Shown: positions 26,679 through 37,465 of the stretch, in pieces
Layout of the letters: each line of letters begins with the position of its first letter
Position numbering within the stretch: the first letter of the stretch is position 1
NCBI GenBank assembly: GCA_963668645.2
Contig: CAXXWC010000021.1
Location: 1,248,001 to 1,312,000 of the forward strand
Direction of reading: 5' to 3'
DNA: 64,000 nucleotides
DNA from: Desulfobacterales bacterium
GTDB lineage: Bacteria; Desulfobacterota; Desulfobacteria; Desulfobacterales; UBA2174
Notes under the pieces: generated by a model
What the model saw: only the letters and a program-made list of their open reading frames with translations
What the model was told of the DNA's origin: nothing
The model's database searches: none
Made by a program: the position numbers and the translations under genes

Positions 26679-26818
26679 CGGTAGACTTTCTTCGAGGCCG
26701 CGCTTCTTTGCCCCACCAGGGTCCGGCCCGAAACCGGCTCACTGCGAATCATTGACAACCCCCACCTGCCTGTTTTAGGAAGGACTTCGTCTTTTAACCT
26801 ACCACAAGGAGGAATCCG

Positions 26819-27232
26819 TTGTTCCACCCCCTATCCGAGCTGGACACTTTTCTCACCGAATGGTCCGATACCCCGCAAAAGAACCGGCAGGCCTTCGTCG
26901 AACTGAAACACCACCTGGACACCAAGCCGGAGGTGACGCTCTCCTTTGTCGCCCGGCCCGGGGTCACCTACTCGCTACGGGCCGCAGCCTCGGCCCGGAC
27001 CGACCGGCCCCTCTTTGCGATGGTGGATGTCATCGAGGACGATCCGCGTTGGCTTTCGATCTGCTTTTACGACGACACGGTGCAGGATCCGGACGAAATC
27101 GGCGACCACGTCCCCGAAGGGCTGCTGGGCGAGGATGCGGTCTGCTTCGATCTTGAATCCTACGACCCACGGATGCTCGCCTACGTCATGGCGCGCATCG
27201 ACGAAGCATTTGCCAGCATGAACCGCGATTGA
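26819..27232 (+). CDS. hypothetical protein
   Basis: SD AAGGAGG, TTG start, host-like codon usage. Confidence 0.7.
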   Translation: MFHPLSELDTFLTEWSDTPQKNRQAFVELKHHLDTKPEVTLSFVARPGVTYSLRAAASARTDRPLFAMVDVIEDDPRWLSICFYDDTVQDPDEIGDHVPEGLLGEDAVCFDLESYDPRMLAYVMARIDEAFASMNRD

Positions 27233-27260
27233 ACACCAGGGCAGCGCCAGCACGGCCAAG

Positions 27261-28667
27261 TCAGGCGCCTTCCCGGGCCGCTGCGGCCAGCTGGCCCAAT
27301 ATGGCTGCATGGGCATAGATCCCGCGCCGAAAGCAGGCCAGTTCGAACTTCTCGTTGGGTGAATGGACCCGATCGTCATCCAGGCCGAATCCGACCAGCA
27401 GCGAATCGATTCCCAGGATGCGGCGGATCTCGCCCACCACCGGGATGGAGCCGCCGGTACCGATGAGGGCCGCCTCGCGCCCGAAAGCCTCCTTTAGCCC
27501 GGACCGTGCCGCGGCCAGCCAGGGTGAATCGGTGGAGATCCGCACCGCGTCCGAACAACCGTAGCTCTTGAAAGTAAAGCGGCACCCGGGCGGGGTGCGG
27601 TCGGTGAAAAACTTCTTCAAATTCGCCATGACCTTTTCAGATCGTTGGGCCGCCACCAGCCGGCAGGAAATCTTGGCGGCGGCCCGGGCCGGGATCACCG
27701 TCTTGGCCCCGTCACCGGTATAGCCGCCCCAGATCCCGTTGCAGTCACACACTGGCCGGGCCCAGATCCGCTCCAGCAGGGAGCGGCCGGCCTCTCCCAC
27801 GTCGGCCGCCAGCCCGCCGCTGGCCAGAAAGGCCGCCTCGTCGAAGCCCAGCCGATCCCACATGGCCCTTTCTTCGGGCGAAAGTTCCACCACCTCGCTG
27901 TAAAAGCCCTCGATGGTCACACGCCGATTCCCGTCGTGCAGTTGGGCCACGATGGCCGCCAGGGCGTTGTTGGGATTGACGGCGCAGCCGCCGTACATTC
28001 CCGAATGCAGGTCGTGGCCCGGCCCGTGCAAAGTGGCTTCAAGATAGACCAGGCCGCGCAGCATGTAAGTGATGGCCGGCGTATCGATGTCCCACATGCC
28101 CGTATCGCTCACCACGCACACATCCGCCGCCAGGTCGCTGCGGGCCTCTTCGAGAAAGGGAATCAGGCTGGGGCTGCCCGATTCCTCCTCGCCCTCGAGC
28201 ATCACGGTGACGTTTACCGGCAGCCTTCCCGCCGCATTTTTCCAGGCCCTGAAGGCCTCGATGAAGGTCATCAACTGCCCCTTGTCGTCCGCGGCGCCCC
28301 GGGCCACAACACGCTTGCCGTGCGGCCCATCTTCCAAAACGGGGTTGAAGGGTTCGGTGCGCCATTCGTCCATGGGGTCGGGCGGCTGGACGTCGTAATG
28401 GCCATAGTAAAGGACCGTGGGGGCCTTTGGGCCGGCTTCGTGCTCCCGGGCCACCACCACGGGATGGCCGGTGGTGGCCCGGGCTTCGGCGGTGAATCCC
28501 AGATCGGCGAGTATCGCCACACACTGGTCGGCGGCCCTGCCGACATCCCCGGCAAATGCCGGATCGGTGGATATGCTCGGAATGCGCAGCAGTTCGAAAA
28601 GCCGCTTCAGGGAAGCGTCGAAACCGGCCTCGGCTGCTTGGATCACTGTGGGAATGGAATTTTTCAT
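27261..28667 (-). CDS. M20 family metallo-dipeptidase
   Basis: YGHYDVQP, RGAADDKGQ, EGEEESGS, HSPNE. Confidence 0.92.
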   Translation of the reverse strand: MKNSIPTVIQAAEAGFDASLKRLFELLRIPSISTDPAFAGDVGRAADQCVAILADLGFTAEARATTGHPVVVAREHEAGPKAPTVLYYGHYDVQPPDPMDEWRTEPFNPVLEDGPHGKRVVARGAADDKGQLMTFIEAFRAWKNAAGRLPVNVTVMLEGEEESGSPSLIPFLEEARSDLAADVCVVSDTGMWDIDTPAITYMLRGLVYLEATLHGPGHDLHSGMYGGCAVNPNNALAAIVAQLHDGNRRVTIEGFYSEVVELSPEERAMWDRLGFDEAAFLASGGLAADVGEAGRSLLERIWARPVCDCNGIWGGYTGDGAKTVIPARAAAKISCRLVAAQRSEKVMANLKKFFTDRTPPGCRFTFKSYGCSDAVRISTDSPWLAAARSGLKEAFGREAALIGTGGSIPVVGEIRRILGIDSLLVGFGLDDDRVHSPNEKFELACFRRGIYAHAAILGQLAAAAREGA

Positions 28668-28962
28668 CGTCAGGACTCCGCTGGGGCCAAGGGTTTAAGG
28701 CAACATGCCTGAAGAAACGCCATACCAGAAAGTAAATCGAAAGGGAAAAGGAAATGACGGAAAGTAAAGATAATGTAAACGCCTTGACGCCTTTGGCAAA
28801 GCCGCCTAAGTTGAATGCCGAAACGGCCGGGGACGGCAAGATTCTTCATTGTGCACCGGCTTTCCAGCGTCCACGGCCACTTGACATCTTCGACCACTTG
28901 ACCGACCGGTTCAAACCAACGCGTCGAGGCCCGCACCCCGGGCCCCAAGGAGGGTTGAAGCC

Positions 28963-30237
28963 ATGGATCCTTTTCATCACCGGCCTGAACAACTTCCCGC
29001 ACAGCACTCCCTGCCATCCAACCGAACAGCCCCGCCGACAGCGGCTTCCAACGGCCGCAACGCCAGACGCTACGGCCGCAAGTCTCCGCAGATCACACCA
29101 AAAAACAGCCACCGGCCGCCAGCCGACGATCGCTGGGCCACCGCAACCCGCAGGCTCCTGGAAGCGGCAGGTGTAACCCTGGGCGCAGAGCGTCCCTGGG
29201 ACATCCAGATCCACGACCGGCGCTTTTATCGCCGGGTGCTGACCCAGGGATCCCTCGGTCTGGGCGAGGCTTACATGGACGGCTGGTGGGACTGTGAACG
29301 ACTGGACATGTTTTTCGAGCGGATCCTGCGGGCCGGGCTCGATGCCCGGGTGATCTCCCTGCGCGACCGGCTGCGCCTGATCGGCGCCCGGCTGACCAAC
29401 CCCGGCAGACGGGCACTGGCCTTCCAGATCGGCCGCCACCACTACGATCTGGGCAACAGGCTTTACAGCGCCATGCTCGACCGGCGCATGATCTACTCGT
29501 GCGGTTATTGGGCCGCCGCCGGCAATCTTGATGAGGCCCAGGATGCCAAGCTGGACCTGATCTGCCGCAAGCTGGATCTCCAGCCCGGGATGCGGCTCCT
29601 GGACGTCGGATGCGGCTGGGGAGGGCTGGTTTGCTATGCGGCGCGCCGCCACGGCGTTTCGGCGGTGGGCATCACCGTTTCGGCCGAGCAGGCCGGCGAA
29701 GCTCGTCACCGCTGCGCCGGGTTGCCGGTGGAAATCCGTCTCCAGGACTATCGGGAAATCCAGGGGACCTTCGATCGCGTCGTTTCGGTGGGGATGGTGG
29801 AACACGTCGGGGTCAAAAACTACGCGGTCTTTTATGCCACGTTGCGCCGCCACCTGGCCGAAGACGGCCTATTCCTGTTGCACACCATCGGCAACAACCG
29901 CTCCCAGGTCAACACCGACCCATGGATCGAACGCTACATCTTTCCCAACTCCATGCTTCCCTCGGCGCTTCAGCTCTGCCGGGCCGCAGAGCCGTACTTC
30001 GTCATGGAGGACTGGCACAACTTCGGCGCCGACTACGACCGCACCCTGATGGCCTGGGCAGCCAACTTCGAAAGGCGCTGGAACGATCTTAAAGGGGTTT
30101 ACGACGAGCGCTTTTACCGCATGTGGCGCTACTACCTGCATGCATGTGCCGGATCCTTCCGCGCTCGCCAGGCCCAGCTCTGGCAGATCTTATACTCGCC
30201 GTATGGCGTCAAGGGAGGGTACCGGACGCCGCGCTGA
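28963..30237 (+). CDS. cfa: cyclopropane-fatty-acyl-phospholipid synthase (start uncertain)
   Basis: HYDLGN, YSCGYW, LDVGCGWG, SVGMVEHVG, YIFPN. Confidence 0.92.
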   Translation: MDPFHHRPEQLPAQHSLPSNRTAPPTAASNGRNARRYGRKSPQITPKNSHRPPADDRWATATRRLLEAAGVTLGAERPWDIQIHDRRFYRRVLTQGSLGLGEAYMDGWWDCERLDMFFERILRAGLDARVISLRDRLRLIGARLTNPGRRALAFQIGRHHYDLGNRLYSAMLDRRMIYSCGYWAAAGNLDEAQDAKLDLICRKLDLQPGMRLLDVGCGWGGLVCYAARRHGVSAVGITVSAEQAGEARHRCAGLPVEIRLQDYREIQGTFDRVVSVGMVEHVGVKNYAVFYATLRRHLAEDGLFLLHTIGNNRSQVNTDPWIERYIFPNSMLPSALQLCRAAEPYFVMEDWHNFGADYDRTLMAWAANFERRWNDLKGVYDERFYRMWRYYLHACAGSFRARQAQLWQILYSPYGVKGGYRTPR

Positions 30238-30260
30238 CATCTCCTCGAACATCGGTCCTT

Positions 30261-31724
30261 TCAGCCGGACAGGCCGGATGAGGTTTCGCCGCAGACGTTG
30301 TCGCGCCCCTGTTTTTTGGCTTGGTACATGAGTTTGTCTGCCCGGGAAACGACCTGATTGAGGGTTTCCGGATCCCGGTGTTCTACAACTCCTGCACTGA
30401 GCGTAATCGACACCGTATGGCCGCCGTAGCAAATTTCACGGGAGGAAACGGCTTCCCGGATGTTTTCGGCGACTTTTCGAGCGTTCTCTATCCTGCAGTC
30501 GCCCAACAGAACCAGAAACTCCTCTCCGCCCCAGCGGCACAACACGTCTGTATCCCTGATCTTGCTGGACACGATTTCGGCAAAAATCTTCAGAACCAGA
30601 TCCCCGCATTCGTGCCCGTAGTTGTCATTGATCGTTTTAAAGCGATCGATGTCCAGGATTATCATCGACATATGGGAGTTATTGCGCTGTTTGCTTTTCA
30701 GCGCCTGAGAAAAGATCAGCGCGAAGGCATGGCGATTGTACACACCGGTAAGTGGATCGACAGTGGCCAACCTTTCCAGCTTTCGGTTGTAGCTGCGCAG
30801 GATAAGGCTCACCGTGACGACGATCAACACGGTGATCAAAACACCGATGGCGAGATTGATCCGAAGCCTCTGATAGAAAACGGCCTTCTGTGCATCCCCT
30901 CTTTTCAAGATGACCAGGGTCAGCTTGAACTCCGGAAAAAACCGTGAACTGGCGTAATAAACATGGCCATCGGGTTCATATTTGAACGAGGTCCCCGGAT
31001 TGGCCAGAATCTTCAGCGCGGCCCCGCCCAAATTCTCCCAATCGTGCAGATTCAGCGGGAAGCTGAAATTATCCGCATAAAGGATCACCTTACCGGTCTT
31101 GTCCACGAAGAAAACAATGCTGTCGTACTTTTCTTCATAGGAATTGAAGATCTCCTGGACCTGCCTTAACTCCAGGCCGACCCCCGTCACCCCGATCAGA
31201 TCGTTGTTATAGCCGTACACCTTGTAATTGATGAAGATCGTCACCCTCTTTCGATCCGCCGTATCGGTGTCGATATTGATCTCATAGTCATCCTCCATCT
31301 GCCGCACTCGAAAGTACCAGGCGTCCTGGGCGTCCTCGATGAAGACCTGCTTCAAGATCCCTTGCGGATGATAGTAGTTTCTCGTCTTTTCGGAGACGAA
31401 AAAGGCCGTCACCGTACGGTATCTGGATTGAATCTCGTCGAGAAACTTGACGATGTCGCCGGTATTTTTTTCTCCGGCCAACACCCAATCCCGCAAGAAG
31501 GTATCGTGGGCCATCAGCGAGGAGATGAAGATCGACTGGGCCACATCCTTTTGAATTTCGGAATAGACGTTATCGCTGGTCAACGGCAGGGTATTGCGGC
31601 TGATCTCCTCCTCCAGGCACCTGTGGGCGACAAAATAGCCGCTCAAAAGGGTAGAGGTGAACCCCACCACCAGGAGGCCGGCGATAAGGGCGATAATCCA
31701 GTATCTTCTTAAGATTGTAGTCAT
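30261..31724 (-). CDS. sensor (Cache-like) diguanylate cyclase
   Basis: two TMs, DPLTG, DIDRFKTINDNYGH, RWGGEEF. Confidence 0.92.
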   Translation of the reverse strand: MTTILRRYWIIALIAGLLVVGFTSTLLSGYFVAHRCLEEEISRNTLPLTSDNVYSEIQKDVAQSIFISSLMAHDTFLRDWVLAGEKNTGDIVKFLDEIQSRYRTVTAFFVSEKTRNYYHPQGILKQVFIEDAQDAWYFRVRQMEDDYEINIDTDTADRKRVTIFINYKVYGYNNDLIGVTGVGLELRQVQEIFNSYEEKYDSIVFFVDKTGKVILYADNFSFPLNLHDWENLGGAALKILANPGTSFKYEPDGHVYYASSRFFPEFKLTLVILKRGDAQKAVFYQRLRINLAIGVLITVLIVVTVSLILRSYNRKLERLATVDPLTGVYNRHAFALIFSQALKSKQRNNSHMSMIILDIDRFKTINDNYGHECGDLVLKIFAEIVSSKIRDTDVLCRWGGEEFLVLLGDCRIENARKVAENIREAVSSREICYGGHTVSITLSAGVVEHRDPETLNQVVSRADKLMYQAKKQGRDNVCGETSSGLSG

Positions 31725-31915
31725 AAATGATGTTTAGCACACCCATAGGGTGAACACAACGACCTATAGGACAACTAAGTGAGACATCCGCTCTTTTGAG
31801 GGTTTTGCTGGGCCGGGCCACTAAGCGGGGCCGAGTCTTTCGGTGGATGGGCAAAGCTATCCTCGAAACGCCGTTGCCCTATCCTTACTTGCGTATCCTG
31901 CTGAAAATTTGAAGT

Positions 31916-33079
31916 TCACCACTCAGGCATCTTCAGCGACAGGGCCACCGCGGTGCCGCAGAGGATAAAGCCGCCGACCAGGCCGATGCCGAGAGAAAAT
32001 CGGCCCAGGTCCCCCAAAAAGCCGATCAAGGAGGGGACGAGCCCGCCCCCGATCAAAAAGGCCACCGGTGCGGTCATGGAAACCGCCAGGTTGCGGGCCG
32101 CCGGGCTACCGATCTTGGAAAGAGCGGCGAATCCAGCCGGAAAAAAACAGACCGCCACCATGGGTTGGATCAGGACAAATACCACCAGACCGCTTCCGCC
32201 GGACAGAGACAGGCCCAGGGTCATGCTGCCGGTAAACGCAAAAACTCCCACAATGGTACGCTTGGCACCGAAACGATCCGTCACCCAACCGCTGCCCACG
32301 GCCATAAAGAGGGTCGAAATCCGGGAAACGCCGATCAGGGTATTGGCAAAGGCCTGATCGAAGCCCCTTTCGACCACCAGGTAGAGGGGCAGCATGGTAT
32401 AGATCCCCAGGGTACTGCCGACGGCCAGCCCGAAAAGCAGCACCATGCGCCAGTAAAGCGGTTCGCTTATCAGTTGGCGCAGGGCGGTAAGGTTGGGCCG
32501 CTGGCCGGCGAACCGTCCTCCCCCGCCCCACCGGGCCTGGGCCAACCCCAGTAACACGCTGGCCGCCCCCAGCACGATCAGCACTCCGCGCCACGGCAGC
32601 CAGATCATCAGGGTCTCGGCAAGCAGCGGCGCCGCCATGAACGCGGAATTGGGCGCCAACTCGTGAATCGCCAGGGCTTTTCCCCAGTGCTGAACGTTCA
32701 CCAGGCTGGTGATCGAGGCGATTCCCGAAGGCAGATAGAGACCTGCCGACAGTCCTATCAAGACCAGAAAAATCCGTATCATGGTTAAATTCTGAGCGAC
32801 GCTGAGCCCCACCAGAGCCAATCCCACCGTCGTGGCCGAAAGGGTGATGGTGTAGCGGTGGGTCAAACGGGCGCTGACGAAGCCTGATCCGGCCAGGGCG
32901 ACAAAATAACCAACCGATATGATCAGAAAAAATGTACCGGCCGTCGCGTGGCTCAGATGCAGGTCGGTTTCGATGGCCGGCAGCAGGGGGCTGAAGATGA
33001 TACGGGCCACAAAGTTGCAGAAAAAAAGGCTGGCCAGAAAGATGATGGCGCCGATGGAACGGCGAAAGGGTTCGGTCAT
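31916..33079 (-). CDS. MFS transporter
   Basis: about 12 hydrophobic segments, GWVTDRFGAK motif; ATG 33079 chosen. Confidence 0.88.
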   Translation of the reverse strand: MTEPFRRSIGAIIFLASLFFCNFVARIIFSPLLPAIETDLHLSHATAGTFFLIISVGYFVALAGSGFVSARLTHRYTITLSATTVGLALVGLSVAQNLTMIRIFLVLIGLSAGLYLPSGIASITSLVNVQHWGKALAIHELAPNSAFMAAPLLAETLMIWLPWRGVLIVLGAASVLLGLAQARWGGGGRFAGQRPNLTALRQLISEPLYWRMVLLFGLAVGSTLGIYTMLPLYLVVERGFDQAFANTLIGVSRISTLFMAVGSGWVTDRFGAKRTIVGVFAFTGSMTLGLSLSGGSGLVVFVLIQPMVAVCFFPAGFAALSKIGSPAARNLAVSMTAPVAFLIGGGLVPSLIGFLGDLGRFSLGIGLVGGFILCGTAVALSLKMPEW

Positions 33080-33128
33080 GAAATCACATTTCGGGGCCAG
33101 GCCGCCGCCTTGAAGAGAAGGCCGAAAA

Positions 33129-33992
33129 TCAGCTTTCGGAATCGAAAAATCCGCGGATGATGCGCACCGTCTCACGCGGCCGCTCCATGGGAATCAGGTG
33201 CCCGGTGCGTTCGATGCGTAAAAAGCGTCCTTGGGGGAATAAACTCGCAGCCCGTGCCAGATCAATGTAGTCGCGGTTGCCGCTTGTTTCGCCCTCCACC
33301 ACCAGCACCGGACAGTCGATCCGGTCGAGCAGGGGCCAGGGGTCCAGGTGAATCCCTCCCATGAAGAGGGAGGCCTCACGGCGCGGTTGGCAGACCAGCT
33401 CCAGCCCCCCGGTATCGGCCGCGGCCATGCCGTACCGGATGTACAGCTCGAGCATCTCCTCGTCCCACTTGGCAAAAAGGGGCTTTTCACGTAGGTAGGC
33501 CCTGGCCTCGGCGGCGTCGCACCAGTGGTTGCGCCGGCGGATCGACTTGCTTGCCAGGGGGTGCTGGTCCATCCCGATGTTCAGGCGGTAAAATTCACTA
33601 GGCAGGAAAATCGGTTCGATCAGTACCAGGCTTCGGGCCCAGCCGGGCCGGGCCGCAGCCGCCAGGGTGATCACCGTCCCGCCCATGGAATGGCCCACCA
33701 TCAGGGGCCGCTCAAGGCCCAATCCATCGCTGAACGCCAGCAGGTCCTCGGCAAGTCGCTGCCAGCTCAAGCCACCGTCTTCCGGAGGGGCGTCCCGGTG
33801 GTCGCAAAAATAAGGGGCCAGCACGGTGAACCGTCCGGCCAGGGCCCGGGCGATGGGGTGCCAGAGCCAAGGCAGAAAGCCGGTGGCATGCAGCATCACC
33901 AGGGCCGGTCCATCACCGGGATAATGGAGGTATTGGATCTCGGCATCACGGATGTCCAGAAAACGGACTTCCGGTTTCAGGTCTTCTTTCAT
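33129..33992 (-). CDS. alpha/beta hydrolase
   Basis: LHATG, GHSMGG, TGHLIPME. Confidence 0.9.
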   Translation of the reverse strand: MKEDLKPEVRFLDIRDAEIQYLHYPGDGPALVMLHATGFLPWLWHPIARALAGRFTVLAPYFCDHRDAPPEDGGLSWQRLAEDLLAFSDGLGLERPLMVGHSMGGTVITLAAAARPGWARSLVLIEPIFLPSEFYRLNIGMDQHPLASKSIRRRNHWCDAAEARAYLREKPLFAKWDEEMLELYIRYGMAAADTGGLELVCQPRREASLFMGGIHLDPWPLLDRIDCPVLVVEGETSGNRDYIDLARAASLFPQGRFLRIERTGHLIPMERPRETVRIIRGFFDSES

Positions 33993-34192
33993 AGGTATAG
34001 GTGCCTCAAATGTCTCGATGGGTGATGCGGATTCGACCGGCAGACCGAAAATTGCCGGAACACCTTATCACGATTCTCGCTGAAGGCAAATCGGCTGTAA
34101 TTCTCAATGAAACATAGATGGCGGGACCTGGCTCGAAAGGCAATGCGGTATCATTACAGATTTTGAGTTCACCGGAAATTGCCGATCATCAT

Positions 34193-34221
34193 TTGACAGG
34201 CCCGATCAAGATGGATATAGC
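34193..34221 (+). promoter_or_regulatory. candidate sigma70 promoter
   Basis: TTGACA-17 nt-TATAGC upstream of NuoE-like gene. Confidence 0.5.
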
Positions 34222-34308
34222 ATGGGCTCATTCGGCGAGCCTGCCGGAATCCGGCAACGGCCGAATCGTCCTTCATGGTTTGACGCCTAAACGAGCTGAT
34301 ACAAGAGC

Positions 34309-34872
34309 ATGACCCTGGAATCCAGTGCGGCGCCGCCGTCCACCGAACCTGAAGCCCTGGAAACCCTCAAACGCCTCGTGGCCGGATTCGACCGGCATCG
34401 TGCCAGCCTGGTCCCCATTCTCCAGGCCGTGCAAGCCGAGTGCGCCTACCTGCCGCCCGAGACCATGGCCCTGGTGGGCGAACACCTGGGCATCCCGGCC
34501 AGCGAGGTCTTCGGAGTGGCCTCCTTTTACAACCAGTTCCGCTTTTTCCCCCCGGGCCGCCACCCCATCAAGATCTGCCTGGGCACGGCCTGCCACGTCA
34601 AGGCCGGCGACATCATCCTAGAAAACTTCGAGCGCAAGCTCGGCATTCAGGAGGGGCAGACCACCGCCGATCGGGAATTCAGCCTCGAACGGGTAGCCTG
34701 CGTGGGTTGCTGCGCCCTGGCGCCGGTGGCCATCGTAGGCGAAACGGTGCACGGGCACATGCAGCCGAGCAAGGTCGAAGGCCTCCTGTTGCAGATCGAT
34801 ATCGCCCGCCAGAAGGCCGAACGGGAGGCGGCGGCCGAAAATCTCCCCGCAAAGGATCACTGCGATGGATGA
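34309..34872 (+). CDS. NuoE/HydC-like 2Fe-2S subunit
   Basis: CLGTAC...CVGCC thioredoxin-like 2Fe-2S motif. Confidence 0.9.
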   Translation: MTLESSAAPPSTEPEALETLKRLVAGFDRHRASLVPILQAVQAECAYLPPETMALVGEHLGIPASEVFGVASFYNQFRFFPPGRHPIKICLGTACHVKAGDIILENFERKLGIQEGQTTADREFSLERVACVGCCALAPVAIVGETVHGHMQPSKVEGLLLQIDIARQKAEREAAAENLPAKDHCDG

Positions 34873-36802
34873 GGCACCGGCCATCCAGGCGCTAGCCCGA
34901 CTACGGGCCGCCGCCGAAGCCGCCTGCCAGGCCCGGCGTCCCGAAGGCCAACCGGTGGTACGTGTGGCCCTGGCCACCTGCGGCATCGCCGCCGGAGCCC
35001 TCGACACTCTGGCGGCCTTCAAGAAATCCATTGCCGAAGCCGGCATCGACGCCCGGGTGGAAACCACCGGTTGTATAGGCCACTGCTATGCCGAACCGGT
35101 GGTGGTCATCGATCACCCGGCTTCCGGGTTCCCGCCGATCCTCTATCCTGAAGTCACCCCGGGCAAGGCCGGGATGCTGACCCGGTTCTTTCTCGCAGAG
35201 GGAGATCCGAGGTTCGAGCACATGCTCGGGGCCACCGTACTCAACGAGTTGATCCCGTCGGTGATGGAATTCGACCGCTTTAACCGGGAACAACGGCTGG
35301 TGATGGATCGCTGCGGCCGCATCGATCCGGAATCGATCGACGATTACTTGGCCGACGGCGGCTACGGGGCCTTGGCCCGTGCCCTTTGCGGCCCGCCGGA
35401 GGCCGTCGTGGCGACTGTTGCCGCCTCCGGCCTGCGCGGCCGCGGCGGAGCGGGATTTCCCACCAGCCGCAAATGGGAACTGGCCGCGGCCCAGGAAGCC
35501 CGGCACCGCTACGTGGTCTGCAATGCGGACGAGGGCGACCCGGGCGCCTATATGGATCGCACCCTCATCGAAAGCAACCCCCACCAACTCATCGAGGGGT
35601 TGGCGATCTGCGCCTATGCCGTAAGCGCGGCCGAGGCCATCATCTACGTACGGGCCGAATACCCCCTGGCGGTCAAAACCCTGAAAAAGGCCGTTTCGGA
35701 CGCAGAAGCGCACGGTTTGCTGGGCCCCCAGGTACTGGAAAGCGGCTTTTCACTCAAGGTAAGGCTGTTTCAGGGATCAGGGGCCTTTGTCTGCGGAGAA
35801 GAGACCGCCCTGCTGCGTTCGGTGGCTGGATTCCGCGGCACCCCGACCCACCGCCCGCCCTACCCGGTCCAAAAAGGATTGAACGGCAACCCCACCGTCA
35901 TCGACAATGTCAAGACCCTGGCCACCATACCGGTGATCCTCCAACAGGGGGCCGAGGCGTTCCGGGCCATCGGAACGGCCAAAAGTCCAGGGACGGCGAT
36001 CTTTTCGGTGGTCGGTGATGTGGTGCACCCGGGCCTGGTGGAGATCCCCATGGGGGTCACCCTGCGCGAACTGATCTTCGACATCTGCGGCGGCGTGCCG
36101 GGGAAGAAGCAATTCAAGGCGGTCCAGATCGGCGGTCCTTCGGGCGGCTGCCTGCCCGCGGGCCTGCTCGATACCCCGGTGGACTTCGACGCACTGGCCG
36201 AGGCGGGAGCCATGATGGGCTCCGGCGGTCTGGTGGTGATGGACGAGCATACCTGCATGGTCGACGTGGCGCGCTATTTTCTCGACTTTACCCAGAAAGA
36301 ATCCTGCGGCAAGTGCACCTTCTGCCGCGTGGGCACCTGCCATATGCTGGCCCTGCTGGAAGGGATCTGCCGCGGGGAAGGCCGGCTCGAAGACCTTGAT
36401 CGGCTCGAAGATCTGGCCCGGGACGTGCGTGATGGATCGCTGTGCGGCCTGGGACGCACAGCCCCCAATCCGGTCCTGACCACGTTGCGCTACTTTCGTG
36501 ACGAATACGAGGCCCATGTCACCGGCCAGCGCTGCCCCGGGCTGAGCTGCCGGACGCTGACCGCCTACTACATCGACCTGGAAAAGTGCGCCCGCGGATG
36601 CGACGCCTGCGTGGGATGCTGCCCGGTGGATGCGGTCTTTACCACCCGAACCCGTAAAAAAGGGATCGACCAGACCCTGTGCGTCAAATGCGGCGAATGC
36701 ATGGTGGCCTGCCCGCCGGAGTATGATGCGGTGCGCCGGATTTCCCCGGCCCATCTGGCTCCGGTGATCGAACGGCCCCCGGCTGCGGATCCCAAACCAT
36801 GA
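34865..36802 (+). CDS. NuoF/HydB-like FMN/NADH-binding subunit
   Basis: RGRGGAGF, NADEGDPG, CGEETAL, SCGKCTFCR, C-terminal 2x4Fe-4S. Confidence 0.92.
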   Translation: MDEAPAIQALARLRAAAEAACQARRPEGQPVVRVALATCGIAAGALDTLAAFKKSIAEAGIDARVETTGCIGHCYAEPVVVIDHPASGFPPILYPEVTPGKAGMLTRFFLAEGDPRFEHMLGATVLNELIPSVMEFDRFNREQRLVMDRCGRIDPESIDDYLADGGYGALARALCGPPEAVVATVAASGLRGRGGAGFPTSRKWELAAAQEARHRYVVCNADEGDPGAYMDRTLIESNPHQLIEGLAICAYAVSAAEAIIYVRAEYPLAVKTLKKAVSDAEAHGLLGPQVLESGFSLKVRLFQGSGAFVCGEETALLRSVAGFRGTPTHRPPYPVQKGLNGNPTVIDNVKTLATIPVILQQGAEAFRAIGTAKSPGTAIFSVVGDVVHPGLVEIPMGVTLRELIFDICGGVPGKKQFKAVQIGGPSGGCLPAGLLDTPVDFDALAEAGAMMGSGGLVVMDEHTCMVDVARYFLDFTQKESCGKCTFCRVGTCHMLALLEGICRGEGRLEDLDRLEDLARDVRDGSLCGLGRTAPNPVLTTLRYFRDEYEAHVTGQRCPGLSCRTLTAYYIDLEKCARGCDACVGCCPVDAVFTTRTRKKGIDQTLCVKCGECMVACPPEYDAVRRISPAHLAPVIERPPAADPKP

Positions 36803-37449
36803 TTGAAATCAGCGTCGACCAACGCACCCTGACGGTCCAGGAGGACGCCAACCTTTTGGAAGCCTGCCTGGAGGCCGGGATCTATATCCCGCATCTGTGC
36901 CACCTGCCCGGCACGGCGCCGGCCGCTTCCTGCCGGCTCTGCTTCGTAGCCCTGGATGGGAAACCGGCACCGGTTCCGGCCTGCACGGTGAAGGCCAGCG
37001 CGGGCCTGAAGGTGCGCACCGACACGCCCGCCGTGCGCCGTTTGCAACGTGCCGCACTCTGCCTGCTTCTTTCGGCCCACACCATCGACTGCCGCCGCTG
37101 CCCGGCCAACCGGCGCTGCGAATTGCAGCGCATCGCCCGATTTCTGGGCGTTGCGCTCAAACGTCCGGACCTGCCACCCCTGGCCCCCCCCGCTGGCCCG
37201 CCCGCGGCCCAGGGCGAACTGGCCGTGGACACCGCCCATTGCGTGCTTTGCGGCCGTTGCGTGCGCACCTGCCGGTGCCTGCATGGCGCCTCGCGGCTGA
37301 CCTTTGCCGGCCGGGGTCACGGCACGGTGGTCACCGATTGGGTCGAAACCGGCCCTTCGATCCGCTGCACCGACTGTATGGCTTGCATCGACATCTGCCC
37401 GGTGGGCGCCATAAGCCTGGCGCCCAGCGCGGGTGATCCGGAATCCTGA
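36799..37449 (+). CDS. NuoG/HydA N-terminal-like Fe-S subunit without catalytic domain
   Basis: IPHLC, SCRLC, HxxxCxxCxxxxxC, two 4Fe-4S motifs; only 216 aa. Confidence 0.85.
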   Translation: MIEISVDQRTLTVQEDANLLEACLEAGIYIPHLCHLPGTAPAASCRLCFVALDGKPAPVPACTVKASAGLKVRTDTPAVRRLQRAALCLLLSAHTIDCRRCPANRRCELQRIARFLGVALKRPDLPPLAPPAGPPAAQGELAVDTAHCVLCGRCVRTCRCLHGASRLTFAGRGHGTVVTDWVETGPSIRCTDCMACIDICPVGAISLAPSAGDPES

Positions 37450-37465
37450 ACCCGAGGAGGAAGCT